The notes: generated from the letters alone by a model not told the origin. DNA of 64,000 nucleotides from an uncultured bacterium (GCA_963707865.1 OY970175.1:758028-822027), one strand, 5' to 3'; counted from the stretch's first letter, positions 39,110 to 48,671 are shown. Numbers and translations are program-made.

Positions 39110-39323
39110 GGACGGGCCCATGGAGCGACGCGCCGTGCTAAACTAAGAGCAGTAGTTTGCAATGGCAAAAAGCGTTTTTCTCCGGTTTCGGCCGGAATCG
39201 CTGGCACATTGCCAGCTCTGCGCTCATGCTCGAGCGTTATCGAGCAATTAGAACATGCACCCACACTTTGTGTCGGGGTGCTGTTTCGTTTTTATACAAC
39301 CGGAGCGGGTTGGTGGAGAACCT

Positions 39324-40268
39324 CTATTTTAGGGAGATAGGGGAGTTATCCACTACTCGGTCTACCCAAAATTCACTGAAGCGTGGTCCGTCCACTTTTG
39401 TTACCACTTTTATCCTCTTTCCAGCACTATCGATCCGTTCTTGAAGCCATCCATTCTTCTCCTCAATAACCAGAGGAATTTCATTTGTCTCCACTCCCTC
39501 GTTCCACCCCAGTGCAATCGCGCAAGTAAGAGGATCGTGCTGAAAGTTTATGATGTCTTTGGGTAGGCTCTCGCACGTTGCGCCATATTTCGTTTCCGTC
39601 TGCTCGTCTACCGCGAACGCCTCGGCTTGCCGCGCAAGTAGCTGCCCCAGCGCCCCGGCTTTTCGCAGTCTTTCTATATGTGCCCTCCTTAGGAAGGTTT
39701 CCGCTGTGACAGAAAGCGGAACGAGCGTCGGGGTGGAATTTTGTAGCACATGCTTCGATGATTTCACGTCAATCTGCACATTGAAATCAAACTCGTTTTT
39801 CCAGTCTGGGAAGCCTGGTCTGACGGGATAAACATATCCTCCCATAAGAAAGAGTTTTGCCCTTTTTAAAATCCCTGGGTACTTATTATCAAGTAGATAT
39901 AAGTTGGTGTATGGTCCAATGCCAATGACGGTTGCGCCTTGCTCAATACTTTTCCTAAGAAGTTCAATCGCTTCTTCTGGTGGGTTCGGGGACGCAGGAA
40001 TGGGCTCCGGCCAATATTTATTTTCTTGAGGGATGCCCAGTTCGGAACGATACGTTATTTGCGAGGTTTCTGCTCCGGCCGCAACCGGGATATCATTTCT
40101 ACCCTCGAGTTTCAGAGCATACCGAGTATAACCAGTCCTTTTCCCGTTCGTGTCACCCGCTATGGTAACTCCGGTGAGTTCGACATCGGGAGATCGGAGT
40201 AAAAAAGCGAGGGCGCAGATATCATCAATGTCTCCGCCAAGATCGGTATCAAGATGGATTCTGGTCAT
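39324..40268 (-). CDS. Inosine-uridine-preferring nucleoside hydrolase family
   Basis: N-terminal DTDLGGDIDDICAL (DXDXXXDD) signature. Confidence 0.8.
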   Translation of the reverse strand: MTRIHLDTDLGGDIDDICALAFLLRSPDVELTGVTIAGDTNGKRTGYTRYALKLEGRNDIPVAAGAETSQITYRSELGIPQENKYWPEPIPASPNPPEEAIELLRKSIEQGATVIGIGPYTNLYLLDNKYPGILKRAKLFLMGGYVYPVRPGFPDWKNEFDFNVQIDVKSSKHVLQNSTPTLVPLSVTAETFLRRAHIERLRKAGALGQLLARQAEAFAVDEQTETKYGATCESLPKDIINFQHDPLTCAIALGWNEGVETNEIPLVIEEKNGWLQERIDSAGKRIKVVTKVDGPRFSEFWVDRVVDNSPISLK

Positions 40269-40482
40269 TGTGTAAATTGTAGCAAAACTATCTCCCCGCC
40301 TGTCCGATACTTTTACTGGGCGCTCCGGCGGCTAGAGGACGTGAAAACACTTCTAAATTAAATAATTTTTTCTATCATCATTCTCTTACCCTGTCACCAC
40401 GAGTGGAATGTGTTCGAACAAAAACAAACTCGATACCATCTATCTTGCTCACACAATCTTTCCATCGCATGCCCCTTGAGCT

Positions 40483-40556
40483 TGGAGCGGGTAAGGGGGA
40501 TCGAACCCCTGTCATCAGCTTGGAAAGCTGAGGTAATGCCATTATACGATACCCGC
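40483..40556 (-). tRNA. tRNA-Gly (anticodon UCC), CCA encoded
   Basis: Cloverleaf folded by hand: acceptor GCGGGTA/TACCCGC, anticodon loop TTTCCAA, T-loop TTCGATC. Confidence 0.8.
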
Positions 40557-40678
40557 GCGCCGTTTCCGGATGCCTTATCGCGGTACTCACTGCAACTATA
40601 GTGTGCTGGAAACGTAATAATAATGTAGCATTCTGCCTTGTGTTTTTCAATTATTTTCGGTAGAATGCATCTAACAAA

Positions 40679-41272
40679 ATGTGGAGTTCCCGCAAGACCA
40701 AAATTGTTTTGGGCTTTGTCGCCATCGTGGCGATCGGATATGCCGTTGCGAGGTTTGTGCAGGGGAGCGGCGCCGTACCGCAGAGTTTCGTCAATGCGCG
40801 GATACAGGGTGCCATCATTGCGCAGAGCATCGTAAACCTTTCCAACCAGTCCACCGCGACCCTTGAACAAGTGAACGCGATGGACAAAAAACAGGACTAT
40901 GCGAATGCGCTCACGCTTACGACGGGACTCGTTACCCAAAGTCAGGAGATCCGCGACCAGGCAGTGGAACTTTCGGGGCAGATTGAGGAAATGACGAAGG
41001 CGCTCTCCGACATCTCCGACTTCAACGCGCGGCAGGCGGCGCTGGAATCTATCTCTAATCGCCTCGCGCTCATCAACCAGCTCATCAATTATAGCGGCGA
41101 TCTTGACCGGTTGCTCCAGGCGTTGCAGGGTCGGTTTACGGGCAGAGGCGGCACAAGCATCGAGGTGCAGGCGCTTGTGAATCAAATCAACACCGATGTG
41201 AACGCGATCAATAATTTCAACGCGCAGGCAGGCCAAGCAATGGACCGGTTTGATACTATAGTAGGGAAGTAG
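40679..41272 (+). CDS. Hypothetical membrane-anchored coiled-coil protein
   Basis: N-terminal transmembrane helix then Gln/Asn-rich helical region. Preferred over the antisense ORF 40394..41236, which overlaps tRNA-Gly. Confidence 0.45.
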   Translation: MWSSRKTKIVLGFVAIVAIGYAVARFVQGSGAVPQSFVNARIQGAIIAQSIVNLSNQSTATLEQVNAMDKKQDYANALTLTTGLVTQSQEIRDQAVELSGQIEEMTKALSDISDFNARQAALESISNRLALINQLINYSGDLDRLLQALQGRFTGRGGTSIEVQALVNQINTDVNAINNFNAQAGQAMDRFDTIVGK

Positions 41273-41325
41273 CCCAACGCCATTTCTGCATCCACGGCGG
41301 ACGCAGAAGTGGTGCTCTGAGGGAC

Positions 41326-41397
41326 GGGCACGTAGCTCAACGGCAGAGCAGACGTCTTATACACGTCCGGTTCCTGGTTCGAATCCAGGCGTGCCCA
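41326..41397 (+). tRNA. tRNA-Ile with anticodon UAU (gene anticodon TAT)
   Basis: Perfect 7-bp acceptor GGGCACG/CGTGCCC, D stem GCTC/GAGC, anticodon stem GACGT/ACGTC with loop CTTATAC, T-loop TTCGAAT. Confidence 0.7.
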
Positions 41398-41398
41398 C

Positions 41399-41926
41399 AT
41401 GATCATTGTTTTCACGGGGGACGGAAAGGGGAAAACGACGGCGTCGCTTGGCCAGATGATGCGTGTCATGGGGCGTGGGAAGTCGGCGCTTATGATCCAG
41501 TTCATCAAGGGACCATGGATTTCGGGTGAGGATGTATTCAGGAAACTGCTCGGCATCCCGAAAAAAAAATTTGAAATACGGAAAATGGGGCTAGGGTTCG
41601 TGGGGATTCTCGGCGATAAGCTGCCGATTGAAAAGCACAAGGAGGCGGCGCGGAACGCACTCAACGCTTTCATTGAGGAAAAACGATCCGGCACGTGGCA
41701 CCTTATTGTACTCGACGAAGTGAATGTCGCGGTATCGCTCGGACTTCTTGCGGTAGGAGAGGTGCTTGAGGCGATAAAAGATTTTCCAGAAAACAGGATT
41801 TTGATATTGAGCGGGCGAGGGGCGCCGCAAGAATTTATTGATGCCGCCGACCTCGCGACCGAAATGAAAGAAATAAAACACCCGTTCGCGAAGGGCGAGC
41901 GTGCAAAGTTTACGGTAGAATTTTAG
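41399..41926 (+). CDS. Cob(I)alamin adenosyltransferase family (CobA/CobO/BtuR-like P-loop protein)
   Basis: MIIVFTGDGKGKTTASLGQ..GKSALMIQFIKG matches the BtuR/CobA N-terminus; starts 2 nt after the tRNA. Confidence 0.65.
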   Translation: MIIVFTGDGKGKTTASLGQMMRVMGRGKSALMIQFIKGPWISGEDVFRKLLGIPKKKFEIRKMGLGFVGILGDKLPIEKHKEAARNALNAFIEEKRSGTWHLIVLDEVNVAVSLGLLAVGEVLEAIKDFPENRILILSGRGAPQEFIDAADLATEMKEIKHPFAKGERAKFTVEF

Positions 41927-42018
41927 GCGCAGCGCATGTAAATTTTGACAAAAAAATTCCCCTCCGGCGAACTCGTCTGCGCGCGAGCCGGAAGGGGATT
42001 TTCTTTTCTGCAAGTTAG

Positions 42019-42186
42019 TTACATCTTGGCTCCGCCAGCCGGACCACCTTTCTTTTCAAGCGCAGCCCAGAGCGCAAAGACGGCTACAAGAAGTCCTGCA
42101 ATGACCATCCACGTAGCGCCTGTTCCCATATATGCGAACAGGATGATGATGATTCCCAGGAGAACGTTAACCCATTGTTTCCACAT
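42019..42186 (-). CDS. Small two-helix membrane protein (55 aa). Below the ORF-track size cutoff.
   Basis: Manual translation: MWKQWVNVLLGIIIILFAYMGTGATWMVIAGLLVAVFALWAALEKKGGPAGGAKM. The overlapping plus-strand ORF 41945..42253 has no features. Confidence 0.35.
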   Translation of the reverse strand: MWKQWVNVLLGIIIILFAYMGTGATWMVIAGLLVAVFALWAALEKKGGPAGGAKM

Positions 42187-42242
42187 GATAATTAAGGGAG
42201 AGCGATTATTTTCGGCCTTTATGAGTATTATACCAAATAGGG

Positions 42243-44072
42243 CTACGCGCTGATTGGCTTGATCTTGAACGGCTTCAAAAGATTGCGGAATTCATCCTGC
42301 TCCAGAGTTTCCTTTTGCATAAGCGTCTCCGCGATCTTTTTGAGCGCCGCCTTGTGTGCCTTGAGGATTTTCTCTGCCGTTGCGTATGCGTGCGAGATGA
42401 AGCTGTGCACCTGCGCGTCAATTTCCGCCGCCACCTTTTCGGAATAATTTTTTTCGGTGGCGATTTCGCGGCCAAGGAAGATGAGCTCTTCGGCTTTGCC
42501 GAAGGTCATGGGCCCGAGCTCGCTCATGCCGTATTTTGTGACGAGCCGGCGCGCGAGGTCGGAGGCCTCCCTAAGGTCGTTGGAGGCGCCCGTGGAGACG
42601 TCGCCGAATGTGAGCTTCTCCGACGCAAATCCGCCCATCATCATGGCAAGATCGGCGAGGAATTGAGTGCGCGTCTTCAGGTGTTGGTCCTCGGTGGGGA
42701 GCTTCATCGTATAACCGCCTGCAAACCCGCGGCTTATGATAGAAACCTTTTGCACCGGGTCGGCGTTTTTCATCGCGGCCGCGACGAGCGCATGGCCGCC
42801 TTCGTGATACGCAGTGATCGCCTTCTCTTTCTGGGAGATTACGCGGCTTTTCCGTTCGGGGCCGAGGATCACCTTTTCGGCGGCTTCAAAAAATTCCGCT
42901 TGCCCGATAAGTTTCTTGTTCAGCCGCGCGGCACTGATTGCCGCCTCGTTCATGAGATTCGCAAGATCGGCGCCCGAGAATCCCGGCGTGCGGATGGCGA
43001 CCTTGCGGAGGTCAACGTTCTTTTCCAGCACTTTTCCTTCCGAGTGGATCTTCAAGATCGCCTCGCGGTCATTGAGATCGGGAAGATCAAGGATAACGCG
43101 GCGGTCAAAGCGGCCGGGCCGAAGCAGTGCCGGGTCAAGGATGTCGGGGCGGTTTGTGGCGGCGAGGACGATCACCCTCGTATCGCGGTCAAACCCATCC
43201 ATTTCAACAAGAATTTGATTGAGCGTTTGTTCGCGCTCGTCGTTTCCGCCGCCGAGGCCCGCGCCGCGCTGCCGGCCGACGGCGTCAATCTCGTCAACGA
43301 ACAGGATTGCCGGCGCGGCACGTTTCGCAGTCATAAACGCATCCCGCGTGCGGCTGGCGCCCACGCCCACAAACATTTCCACGAATTCCGATGCGGAAAT
43401 GTAGAAAAACGGCACCCCGCTTTCGCCCGCAACGGCACGCGCCACCAGTGTTTTTCCGGTTCCCGGCGGCCCCATGAGCAATATTCCGCGGGGGATCCGC
43501 GCGCCCAAGTCAAGGAACTTTTTAGGATTTTTTAAGAAATCAACCACTTCAATAAGTTCTTCTTTCGCTTCCTTGAGCCCCGCGACATTTTTAAACATGA
43601 CTTTGTCTTTGAATGTGGAAAGACGAAGGTTGGAGCGTCCGAAGTTGAATGCCTGATTCACCCCCGTACGGGCCTGCCGGAACATGAGCCAGAAAATAAA
43701 GCCGATGACGAGAAGTGGAAGAAGGGTGGGAATCAAAATGCCCGCCCAGAATTGCCAGCCCGACTGGTCCTGAACTTCAAGGTCAACGTTCTGAAGCGCT
43801 TGTGGTGCGACGCCCAAATTTTTGAGGGTCTCCGAGATGCCCGATTCGCTCTCTTTCTTGGAAACGGCAGTGCTGCCGTCTTTGAGAGTTATCGCGAGGT
43901 CGTTGCCGTTCACGATGACCTTCGTGACCTCGCCTGCGTTGATCTTGTCCGCAATCTGGTTCAAGCTCAAAGTCTGTGGCGATGTTCCCGGGCCGACAAA
44001 CAGCGAGAAGAGAAGCGCGATCACGATGAGTGTGAGGATCGCCCAGAGGATGTTTTTAGTAAGATTGGACAT
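42243..44072 (-). CDS. ftsH: ATP-dependent zinc metalloprotease FtsH
   Basis: [17 protein letters not shown] Walker A, HEGGHAL zinc site, N-terminal transmembrane helices. Confidence 0.9.
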   Translation of the reverse strand: MSNLTKNILWAILTLIVIALLFSLFVGPGTSPQTLSLNQIADKINAGEVTKVIVNGNDLAITLKDGSTAVSKKESESGISETLKNLGVAPQALQNVDLEVQDQSGWQFWAGILIPTLLPLLVIGFIFWLMFRQARTGVNQAFNFGRSNLRLSTFKDKVMFKNVAGLKEAKEELIEVVDFLKNPKKFLDLGARIPRGILLMGPPGTGKTLVARAVAGESGVPFFYISASEFVEMFVGVGASRTRDAFMTAKRAAPAILFVDEIDAVGRQRGAGLGGGNDEREQTLNQILVEMDGFDRDTRVIVLAATNRPDILDPALLRPGRFDRRVILDLPDLNDREAILKIHSEGKVLEKNVDLRKVAIRTPGFSGADLANLMNEAAISAARLNKKLIGQAEFFEAAEKVILGPERKSRVISQKEKAITAYHEGGHALVAAAMKNADPVQKVSIISRGFAGGYTMKLPTEDQHLKTRTQFLADLAMMMGGFASEKLTFGDVSTGASNDLREASDLARRLVTKYGMSELGPMTFGKAEELIFLGREIATEKNYSEKVAAEIDAQVHSFISHAYATAEKILKAHKAALKKIAETLMQKETLEQDEFRNLLKPFKIKPISA

Positions 44073-44105
44073 GTGTGAAAATTATAAGAGAATGAGCTGC
44101 GGGGG

Positions 44106-44726
44106 TCAATCTTCCTTGCGGAACGCTTTTGCGACGAACTTCGCGAGGAAATAATCCGCGAGAAGAAAAAGAACGAGACCGATAAAAAATACCAGCTCAA
44201 AGTTGCGGAATATGGCGACGGCGCGAAGCGGCGCGAGACCGGAGACGAGGCCATAAGCAAGCCCGAGGAGGATAGGAAGCCAGATTACGACGGAAAGCAC
44301 CGAATTACGGAAGAATTTTTTGAATCCCATCCTGCTCCACCCTGCGGAAAAGATGACGGGGAATGCCGATGCGTAGAAAAATTTTGATAGCACGATCCAC
44401 CGCTTGCCGTTGTGTTCAAATGCCCCTTCCACTCTCTCGTGCCACGATGGCAGGCGGCGCTTGATCCAGTGGCCGAACTTCGTGTCACGTGTCGCGCGTC
44501 CCAGCGTATACCAAAGGAGGTCACCGGTCATGTCGGCAAGGAAAATCGTGAGGATAAGGAACGGAACGCCCCACATGCCGAAATATCCCTGGAAAACGAT
44601 CCAGAAGCTCGCGAACGCGGAAATGTTCCCGAGGAAAATCGTCGCGATGTAAATAATAAAATAAGCCAAAAAGAGGTTTTGGCTTGCGAGAAGCCCGATA
44701 TCGGCGGCAAGAGTACTCACGCCCAT
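44106..44726 (-). CDS. DedA/TVP38-family membrane protein
   Basis: Polytopic membrane protein of about 200 aa with a DedA-like core. Confidence 0.6.
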   Translation of the reverse strand: MGVSTLAADIGLLASQNLFLAYFIIYIATIFLGNISAFASFWIVFQGYFGMWGVPFLILTIFLADMTGDLLWYTLGRATRDTKFGHWIKRRLPSWHERVEGAFEHNGKRWIVLSKFFYASAFPVIFSAGWSRMGFKKFFRNSVLSVVIWLPILLGLAYGLVSGLAPLRAVAIFRNFELVFFIGLVLFLLADYFLAKFVAKAFRKED

Positions 44727-44771
44727 TGATTATACCATTCCGCCATGGCATAATGGCCACGAAAGAGTTGA

Positions 44772-44843
44772 TGGTGCCTATGGTGTAATGGCAGCACTAG
44801 AATCTGTGGCATTCTCGGTTCGGGTTCGAATCCCGATAGGCAC
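44772..44843 (+). tRNA. tRNA-His (anticodon GUG) with encoded G-1
   Basis: Acceptor GTGCCTA/TAGGCAC, G at -1 opposite discriminator C, anticodon loop CTGTGGC, T-loop TTCGAAT. Confidence 0.8.
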
Positions 44844-45013
44844 CCGGCGATTTTTATCCTTGTTTTATGCGGTGCGTAGGACATACCCCTAACGGGAAAT
44901 AGAACCTCCGACGATGTAATTTGACAAGCCGATAGTTATGGGCATATGCTCATAAGCGGATAGTGCGTATAAAGGTCGGCACTGTTTCCCAAAATATATT
45001 CTTACTAACAACC

Positions 45014-45265
45014 ATGCCAAGAGGAGACGGAACGGGACCGCAAGGATATGGTCCGGGGACCGGACGGGGATACGGCCACTGCGGCTGGGGAATGGGATGG
45101 CATCATGTGCCTTGCTGGGGATTCTGGCATCACCCGGAGCCCCATCATGCGTATCGAAGGGCATTGACCAAAGAGGAGGAGAGGGAAGCGTTGGCGGACG
45201 AAATGAAAAACCTAGAAGAGGATCTGAAGGCGATCAAAGAGCGCCTTGCCGAACTCGGGTCATAA
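45014..45265 (+). CDS. DUF5320-family small protein
   Basis: MPRGDGTGPQGYGPGTGRGYGHCGWG N-terminus typical of DUF5320; coiled-coil C-terminus. Confidence 0.6.
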   Translation: MPRGDGTGPQGYGPGTGRGYGHCGWGMGWHHVPCWGFWHHPEPHHAYRRALTKEEEREALADEMKNLEEDLKAIKERLAELGS

Positions 45266-45322
45266 CGCAGAACGCCGAAAAGGCCGACCCAGCAGATTGG
45301 CCTTTTCGGTCATTCGGTTATA

Positions 45323-45616
45323 ATGATTCATATTATGGCAAGGCCGCATAAACCACGGTGCGTGGACTTTGATCCGAACGTAACGTATTTCAAACCGAGA
45401 GCAATACCGCTCTCCATGCTTGAAGAGGTGGGATTGAATTTGGACGAACTGGAAGCGCTCCGGCTTTGCGACCTCAAAAACTTCGATCAGGCGAAAGCCG
45501 CAAAAAAGATGAGGGTATCCCGCAGCACGCTCCAGCGCATTGTAGCGTCGGCCAGAAGAAAGGTAGCGGAGGCACTTATTGAGGGTAAAGCGATAAGGAT
45601 AGAGAAAAAAGTATAA
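45323..45616 (+). CDS. DUF134 (UPF0251) predicted DNA-binding protein. The likely start is the Met of MARPHKPR at about 45335.
   Basis: ARPHKPRCVDFDPNVTYFKPRAIPL..ELEALRLCDL..MRVSRSTLQRIVASARRKVAEALIEGKAIRIE matches the DUF134 consensus. Confidence 0.65.
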   Translation: MIHIMARPHKPRCVDFDPNVTYFKPRAIPLSMLEEVGLNLDELEALRLCDLKNFDQAKAAKKMRVSRSTLQRIVASARRKVAEALIEGKAIRIEKKV

Positions 45617-45738
45617 AAATGATAAATCCAATACTTCTTTCTTTATCTCTGAAGGCGTTGTAATACTCTCCTATGCGACACCTTTCAGTAAACGAGATTC
45701 ACGATGCCTGATTTGAAAAATGTTCTATAATTATCATC

Positions 45739-46293
45739 ATGGACAACTTAGTCCCGAAGAAAATGTTTTTTACAAAGGGTGTTGGTCGCCACAAGGAACA
45801 CCTGCAGTCGTTTGAGATGGCTTTGCGCGACGCGGGCATCGCCGAATATAATCTCGTGCAGGTAAGTTCCATTTTCCCGCCGAACTGCAAAAGGGTATCC
45901 AAGGACGAAGGAAAGAAGATTCTCAATCCTGGTCAGGTCGTGTTCTGCGTGATGGCCAGGAACGCGACGAATGAGCCGAACCGACTTGTCGTTTCGTCGA
46001 TTGGCCTTGCCCAGCCTGCCGATCCCAACCAGTATGGCTATCTTTCGGAGCATCATTCTTTCGGCGAAACCGAGGAGAAGGCGGGGGAATACGCCGAGGA
46101 CTTGGCGGCGACGATGCTCGCCTCAACGCTCGGCTTGGAATTTGACTCAAATGCCGCATGGGACGAACGGGAGCAGGCTTATAAATCATCCGGCAAGATC
46201 TTCAGGACGACGAATATCACTCAGTCGGCGCAGGGGCACAAGGACAGTCTTTGGACGACGGTGGTTGCCGCAGCCATTCTCGTTTTCGAATAA
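45739..46293 (+). CDS. pdaD: Pyruvoyl-dependent arginine decarboxylase (archaeal-type PdaD/AaxB)
   Basis: [45 protein letters not shown] is PdaD-like, including the cleavage-site SS. Confidence 0.7.
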   Translation: MDNLVPKKMFFTKGVGRHKEHLQSFEMALRDAGIAEYNLVQVSSIFPPNCKRVSKDEGKKILNPGQVVFCVMARNATNEPNRLVVSSIGLAQPADPNQYGYLSEHHSFGETEEKAGEYAEDLAATMLASTLGLEFDSNAAWDEREQAYKSSGKIFRTTNITQSAQGHKDSLWTTVVAAAILVFE

Positions 46294-46319
46294 TTAAAGT
46301 CCTGTGCACGAGCATTTAG

Positions 46320-46410
46320 CAGGCCCCCCTCACAGGAATCGAACCTGCCGCCCTCACCTTTTGCTGGCCATTTCTTCGAAACAGGTTCTGACTTCCTCTG
46401 CCAAGGCACC
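46320..46410 (-). other. tRNA T-arm-like structured element of unknown identity
   Basis: Minus-strand GGCAGGTTCGATTCCTGT T-arm consensus in a 129-nt convergent intergenic region; no pairing acceptor 5' strand found. Confidence 0.2.
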
Positions 46411-46422
46411 CGGCGAATTGCG

Positions 46423-47316
46423 TCAGCTGTGAAAAAGATTCTTGACCGCTTCGGGGGTCAGGCGAGCGAGTTTGCTCATGAGTTTGCCCGTCGGGTCAAA
46501 AAGATCCATAAACAGGATTTTCAATCTCTCCGCCTCCTTGAAGCGCTTCAACTGCTTTTGGTAAAACGGCGACCGTTCCAATTTTTCATCGAATCCCGGT
46601 TTTCCTGCTTGTGACGGCAATCGGGGGTGGTACAGTTCGTGTGTACTTACGGTTTTTACACCAATTTTTCCTTGTGCAATATCAATATCTCCGAGATCGA
46701 CTTCTGCCCCGCGCGACGCGTAAAGCTTTCTTATCCTTTCAAGGTGGTCTTTATAGCCGACGGTAAGGATGTTTCGCCATTTGTTTCTTTCTGACTCGTT
46801 GAGCACGAATGATACCTCGCCACCTGTATCGCGTGCGCCTTCGTTTGCGTGCTTGGCGCCAAGCATCTCCGCCTCGGCGATCACGCGGATATTAGCTTCT
46901 TCTAAGATCGCGCGTTGGATGTCATTCGTTGCCTCATCACGCATGCCCTTTTTGAATGTCTCCTCGTCAATTCCAAGTTTCTCCATGACTTTTTTCTTCA
47001 GTAGGGTGCTACGCTTGGCTAGCTTTTCGGCGATCCTTCGGCGAAGCAACTCCGCATATAATTCGGAAACTCTCGGCTCACCACTTTTTCGGCCAGTCAC
47101 GCCGCTGATAAGCACGTTGCGGGCAGCAGGGTGATCATCGCAGACAAGATCGCAGACAGAATTAATTTCCATAAGTCCGGTCGTATCCGGTCGTCGTAGC
47201 TTCCCCTCTCCTCTTGTGCCGTATACAACAAGATGAATCGCGTCAAAAGGGATTTCTGACTCACTTTCGGGAGATAAGATTTTCTCTCGCGAGAAACCTT
47301 CCATGCTTATTACCAT
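46423..47316 (-). CDS. Hypothetical protein
   Basis: ORF of 297 aa with coding-like composition; no recognised motif. Confidence 0.45.
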   Translation of the reverse strand: MVISMEGFSREKILSPESESEIPFDAIHLVVYGTRGEGKLRRPDTTGLMEINSVCDLVCDDHPAARNVLISGVTGRKSGEPRVSELYAELLRRRIAEKLAKRSTLLKKKVMEKLGIDEETFKKGMRDEATNDIQRAILEEANIRVIAEAEMLGAKHANEGARDTGGEVSFVLNESERNKWRNILTVGYKDHLERIRKLYASRGAEVDLGDIDIAQGKIGVKTVSTHELYHPRLPSQAGKPGFDEKLERSPFYQKQLKRFKEAERLKILFMDLFDPTGKLMSKLARLTPEAVKNLFHS

Positions 47317-47689
47317 ATCAGAAATTATCCACGCGGCAAAGTGAGGTTGGACATCTCTGGAGAGCCTTAATGGTTCGCGATGCTCTGCGGTCTTACGTCC
47401 GGAATATAGATCGTCATATCGTTTTTCCGGTCAAACACGGGAGCGCGTCATTTTGGACATTCTCGACATTTTCTGCACCTCAAATATTTTCAGCGTCTCT
47501 GTTATAATAGGTTCCCATCTGACTATTTTGCTGTCGCGAGCGCCTCAAGCTGTTTTATCGCAGAGAACTGGGAACGCAGGTTTTCCATATAATCTCTGTC
47601 TTGCAAGATATTTATAATACGTTCATAACTAAGACCCCAAGTTTTTTATTAGCGAGAGGCCGTTCCCTGCCGGCGTATAAGAGATTCTG

Positions 47690-47698
47690 TGGTATAGT
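47690..47698 (+). promoter_or_regulatory. Extended -10 promoter element (TGgTATAGT) for the gene starting at 47768
   Basis: TGGTATAGT about 70 nt upstream of an ATG that is preceded by GGAGGAG. Confidence 0.4.
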
Positions 47699-47767
47699 GA
47701 AAATAGCAAAGTAGGAACTGTAATAAGAAGAGCGGGCCCGCGATGTGGAGCGGGGGAGGAGCCAATT

Positions 47768-48061
47768 ATGAATATGGAGTTGAAAGGGAAGCATATCAGA
47801 ACTCCTTTCATTTGGTGCGAAGTGGAAGGAGTGCGATTCGTTGCCATTCCGGATCCCCACCTGCGCTCTGCCGAGGAGCTTTTTGAGGCCGCGAAGGACT
47901 TCAGTGAGCGACTCAAGCAGGGACTCCATTCCATCGATGGAAGCGCCTGCCTCCAGTTTGAGGGTTCGGATGAACTGTTTTTCATGGACGACCTTCCTGA
48001 CGACATCGCTCGCGATGGCGCAGGAGTGTTCCTGCGGCCGATAGCTTCCACGCAGTGTTAG
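47768..48061 (+). CDS. Small hypothetical protein (97 aa)
   Basis: Strong Shine-Dalgarno sequence GGAGGAG 9 nt upstream; a terminator follows. Confidence 0.5.
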   Translation: MNMELKGKHIRTPFIWCEVEGVRFVAIPDPHLRSAEELFEAAKDFSERLKQGLHSIDGSACLQFEGSDELFFMDDLPDDIARDGAGVFLRPIASTQC

Positions 48062-48074
48062 TGATTTTCCCGAT

Positions 48075-48116
48075 AAAGGACCGTTCGTGGTTTGTAAAAC
48101 ACGGCGGTCCTTTTCG
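48075..48116 (+). terminator. Rho-independent terminator
   Basis: AAAGGACCG..CGGTCCTTTT stem followed by a T-run. Confidence 0.55.
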
Positions 48117-48191
48117 AGTATCATCGTGAGTACCAGAAAGTGTCACCGATGTGCCCTTCCGGCACAATGCCTCGACTATTTTCAAAGGATG

Positions 48192-48200
48192 TGTTACAAT
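48192..48200 (+). promoter_or_regulatory. Extended -10 element TGtTACAAT inside a long low-coding stretch
   Basis: Sequence match only. Confidence 0.3.
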
Positions 48201-48485
48201 GTATTTCGGTAATCCGGGCGTGGCAAACGCCATGGCACCAATCCTACCCAACGAGGTGACGCAGTGCAGAAGCGATACGCAGAAAAACGACCAGTGGCCT
48301 CCTCTTTGTTCTTTGACGAGGGACCATATTCACGGTTTTTCGCTCCACGAAAACCGCAAACTACGCTTATCGGCAAGCCGGTGAGCAGGAAGCCATCGGG
48401 CAGTGACAGCATAACCTTGTCGCCACAGTCAGGGGGAAATAGGTCCCCCCGTCACACGTCATAAGGCAGTCTTCCACCTGCGCCA

Positions 48486-48545
48486 GAAAAAACAGAAGAG
48501 CCGGGAACGACACACGTGATCGCTCCCGGCTCTTATGCTATTTAC
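48486..48545. terminator. Bidirectional terminator-like hairpin (11-bp stem)
   Basis: AAGAGCCGGGA (48496-48506) pairs with TCCCGGCTCTT (48524-48534). An A-run lies upstream (a T-run on the minus strand) and a T-rich tract downstream. Confidence 0.45.
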
Positions 48546-48671
48546 CTACCTTATATTAATCTTGGTTAAATAGGCTCAGACCTGCATTAAAGGGCCTAAA
48601 CCTGAAACAATTTTCATCAAAGGGAAGTACCATACTATGGTAGGCGGTAAAAATGTTACGAGGAGGTTGTC

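Noticed and set aside
39100-39323. Possible ncRNA (SRP RNA or RNase P RNA) in the tyrS-hydrolase convergent spacer
   Set aside because: Only short local hairpins (GCTGGCA-CAT-TGCCAGC, CCGG-TTT-CGGCCGG) consistent with terminators. No GGAA..AGCAGC or GGAAAGUCCGG signatures.
40394-41236. 280-aa minus-strand ORF
   Set aside because: Runs straight through the tRNA-Gly gene (40483-40556) and is antisense to a better-supported plus-strand gene (40679..41272). No motifs.
42315-43535. 406-aa plus-strand ORF
   Set aside because: Antisense to ftsH.
46294-46422. Attempt to fold the T-arm-like element as a canonical, long-arm or selenocysteine tRNA
   Set aside because: No 5' acceptor strand complementary to GAGGGGG exists and no anticodon arm can be paired. 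Kept only as an unresolved structured element.
48330-48400. Possible tmRNA tag-reading-frame-like sequence (GCAAACTACGCTTAT)
   Set aside because: The frame does not end in a typical ..ALAA tag, there is no tRNA-like domain (no T-arm or CCA), and no 5' GGGG acceptor nearby.
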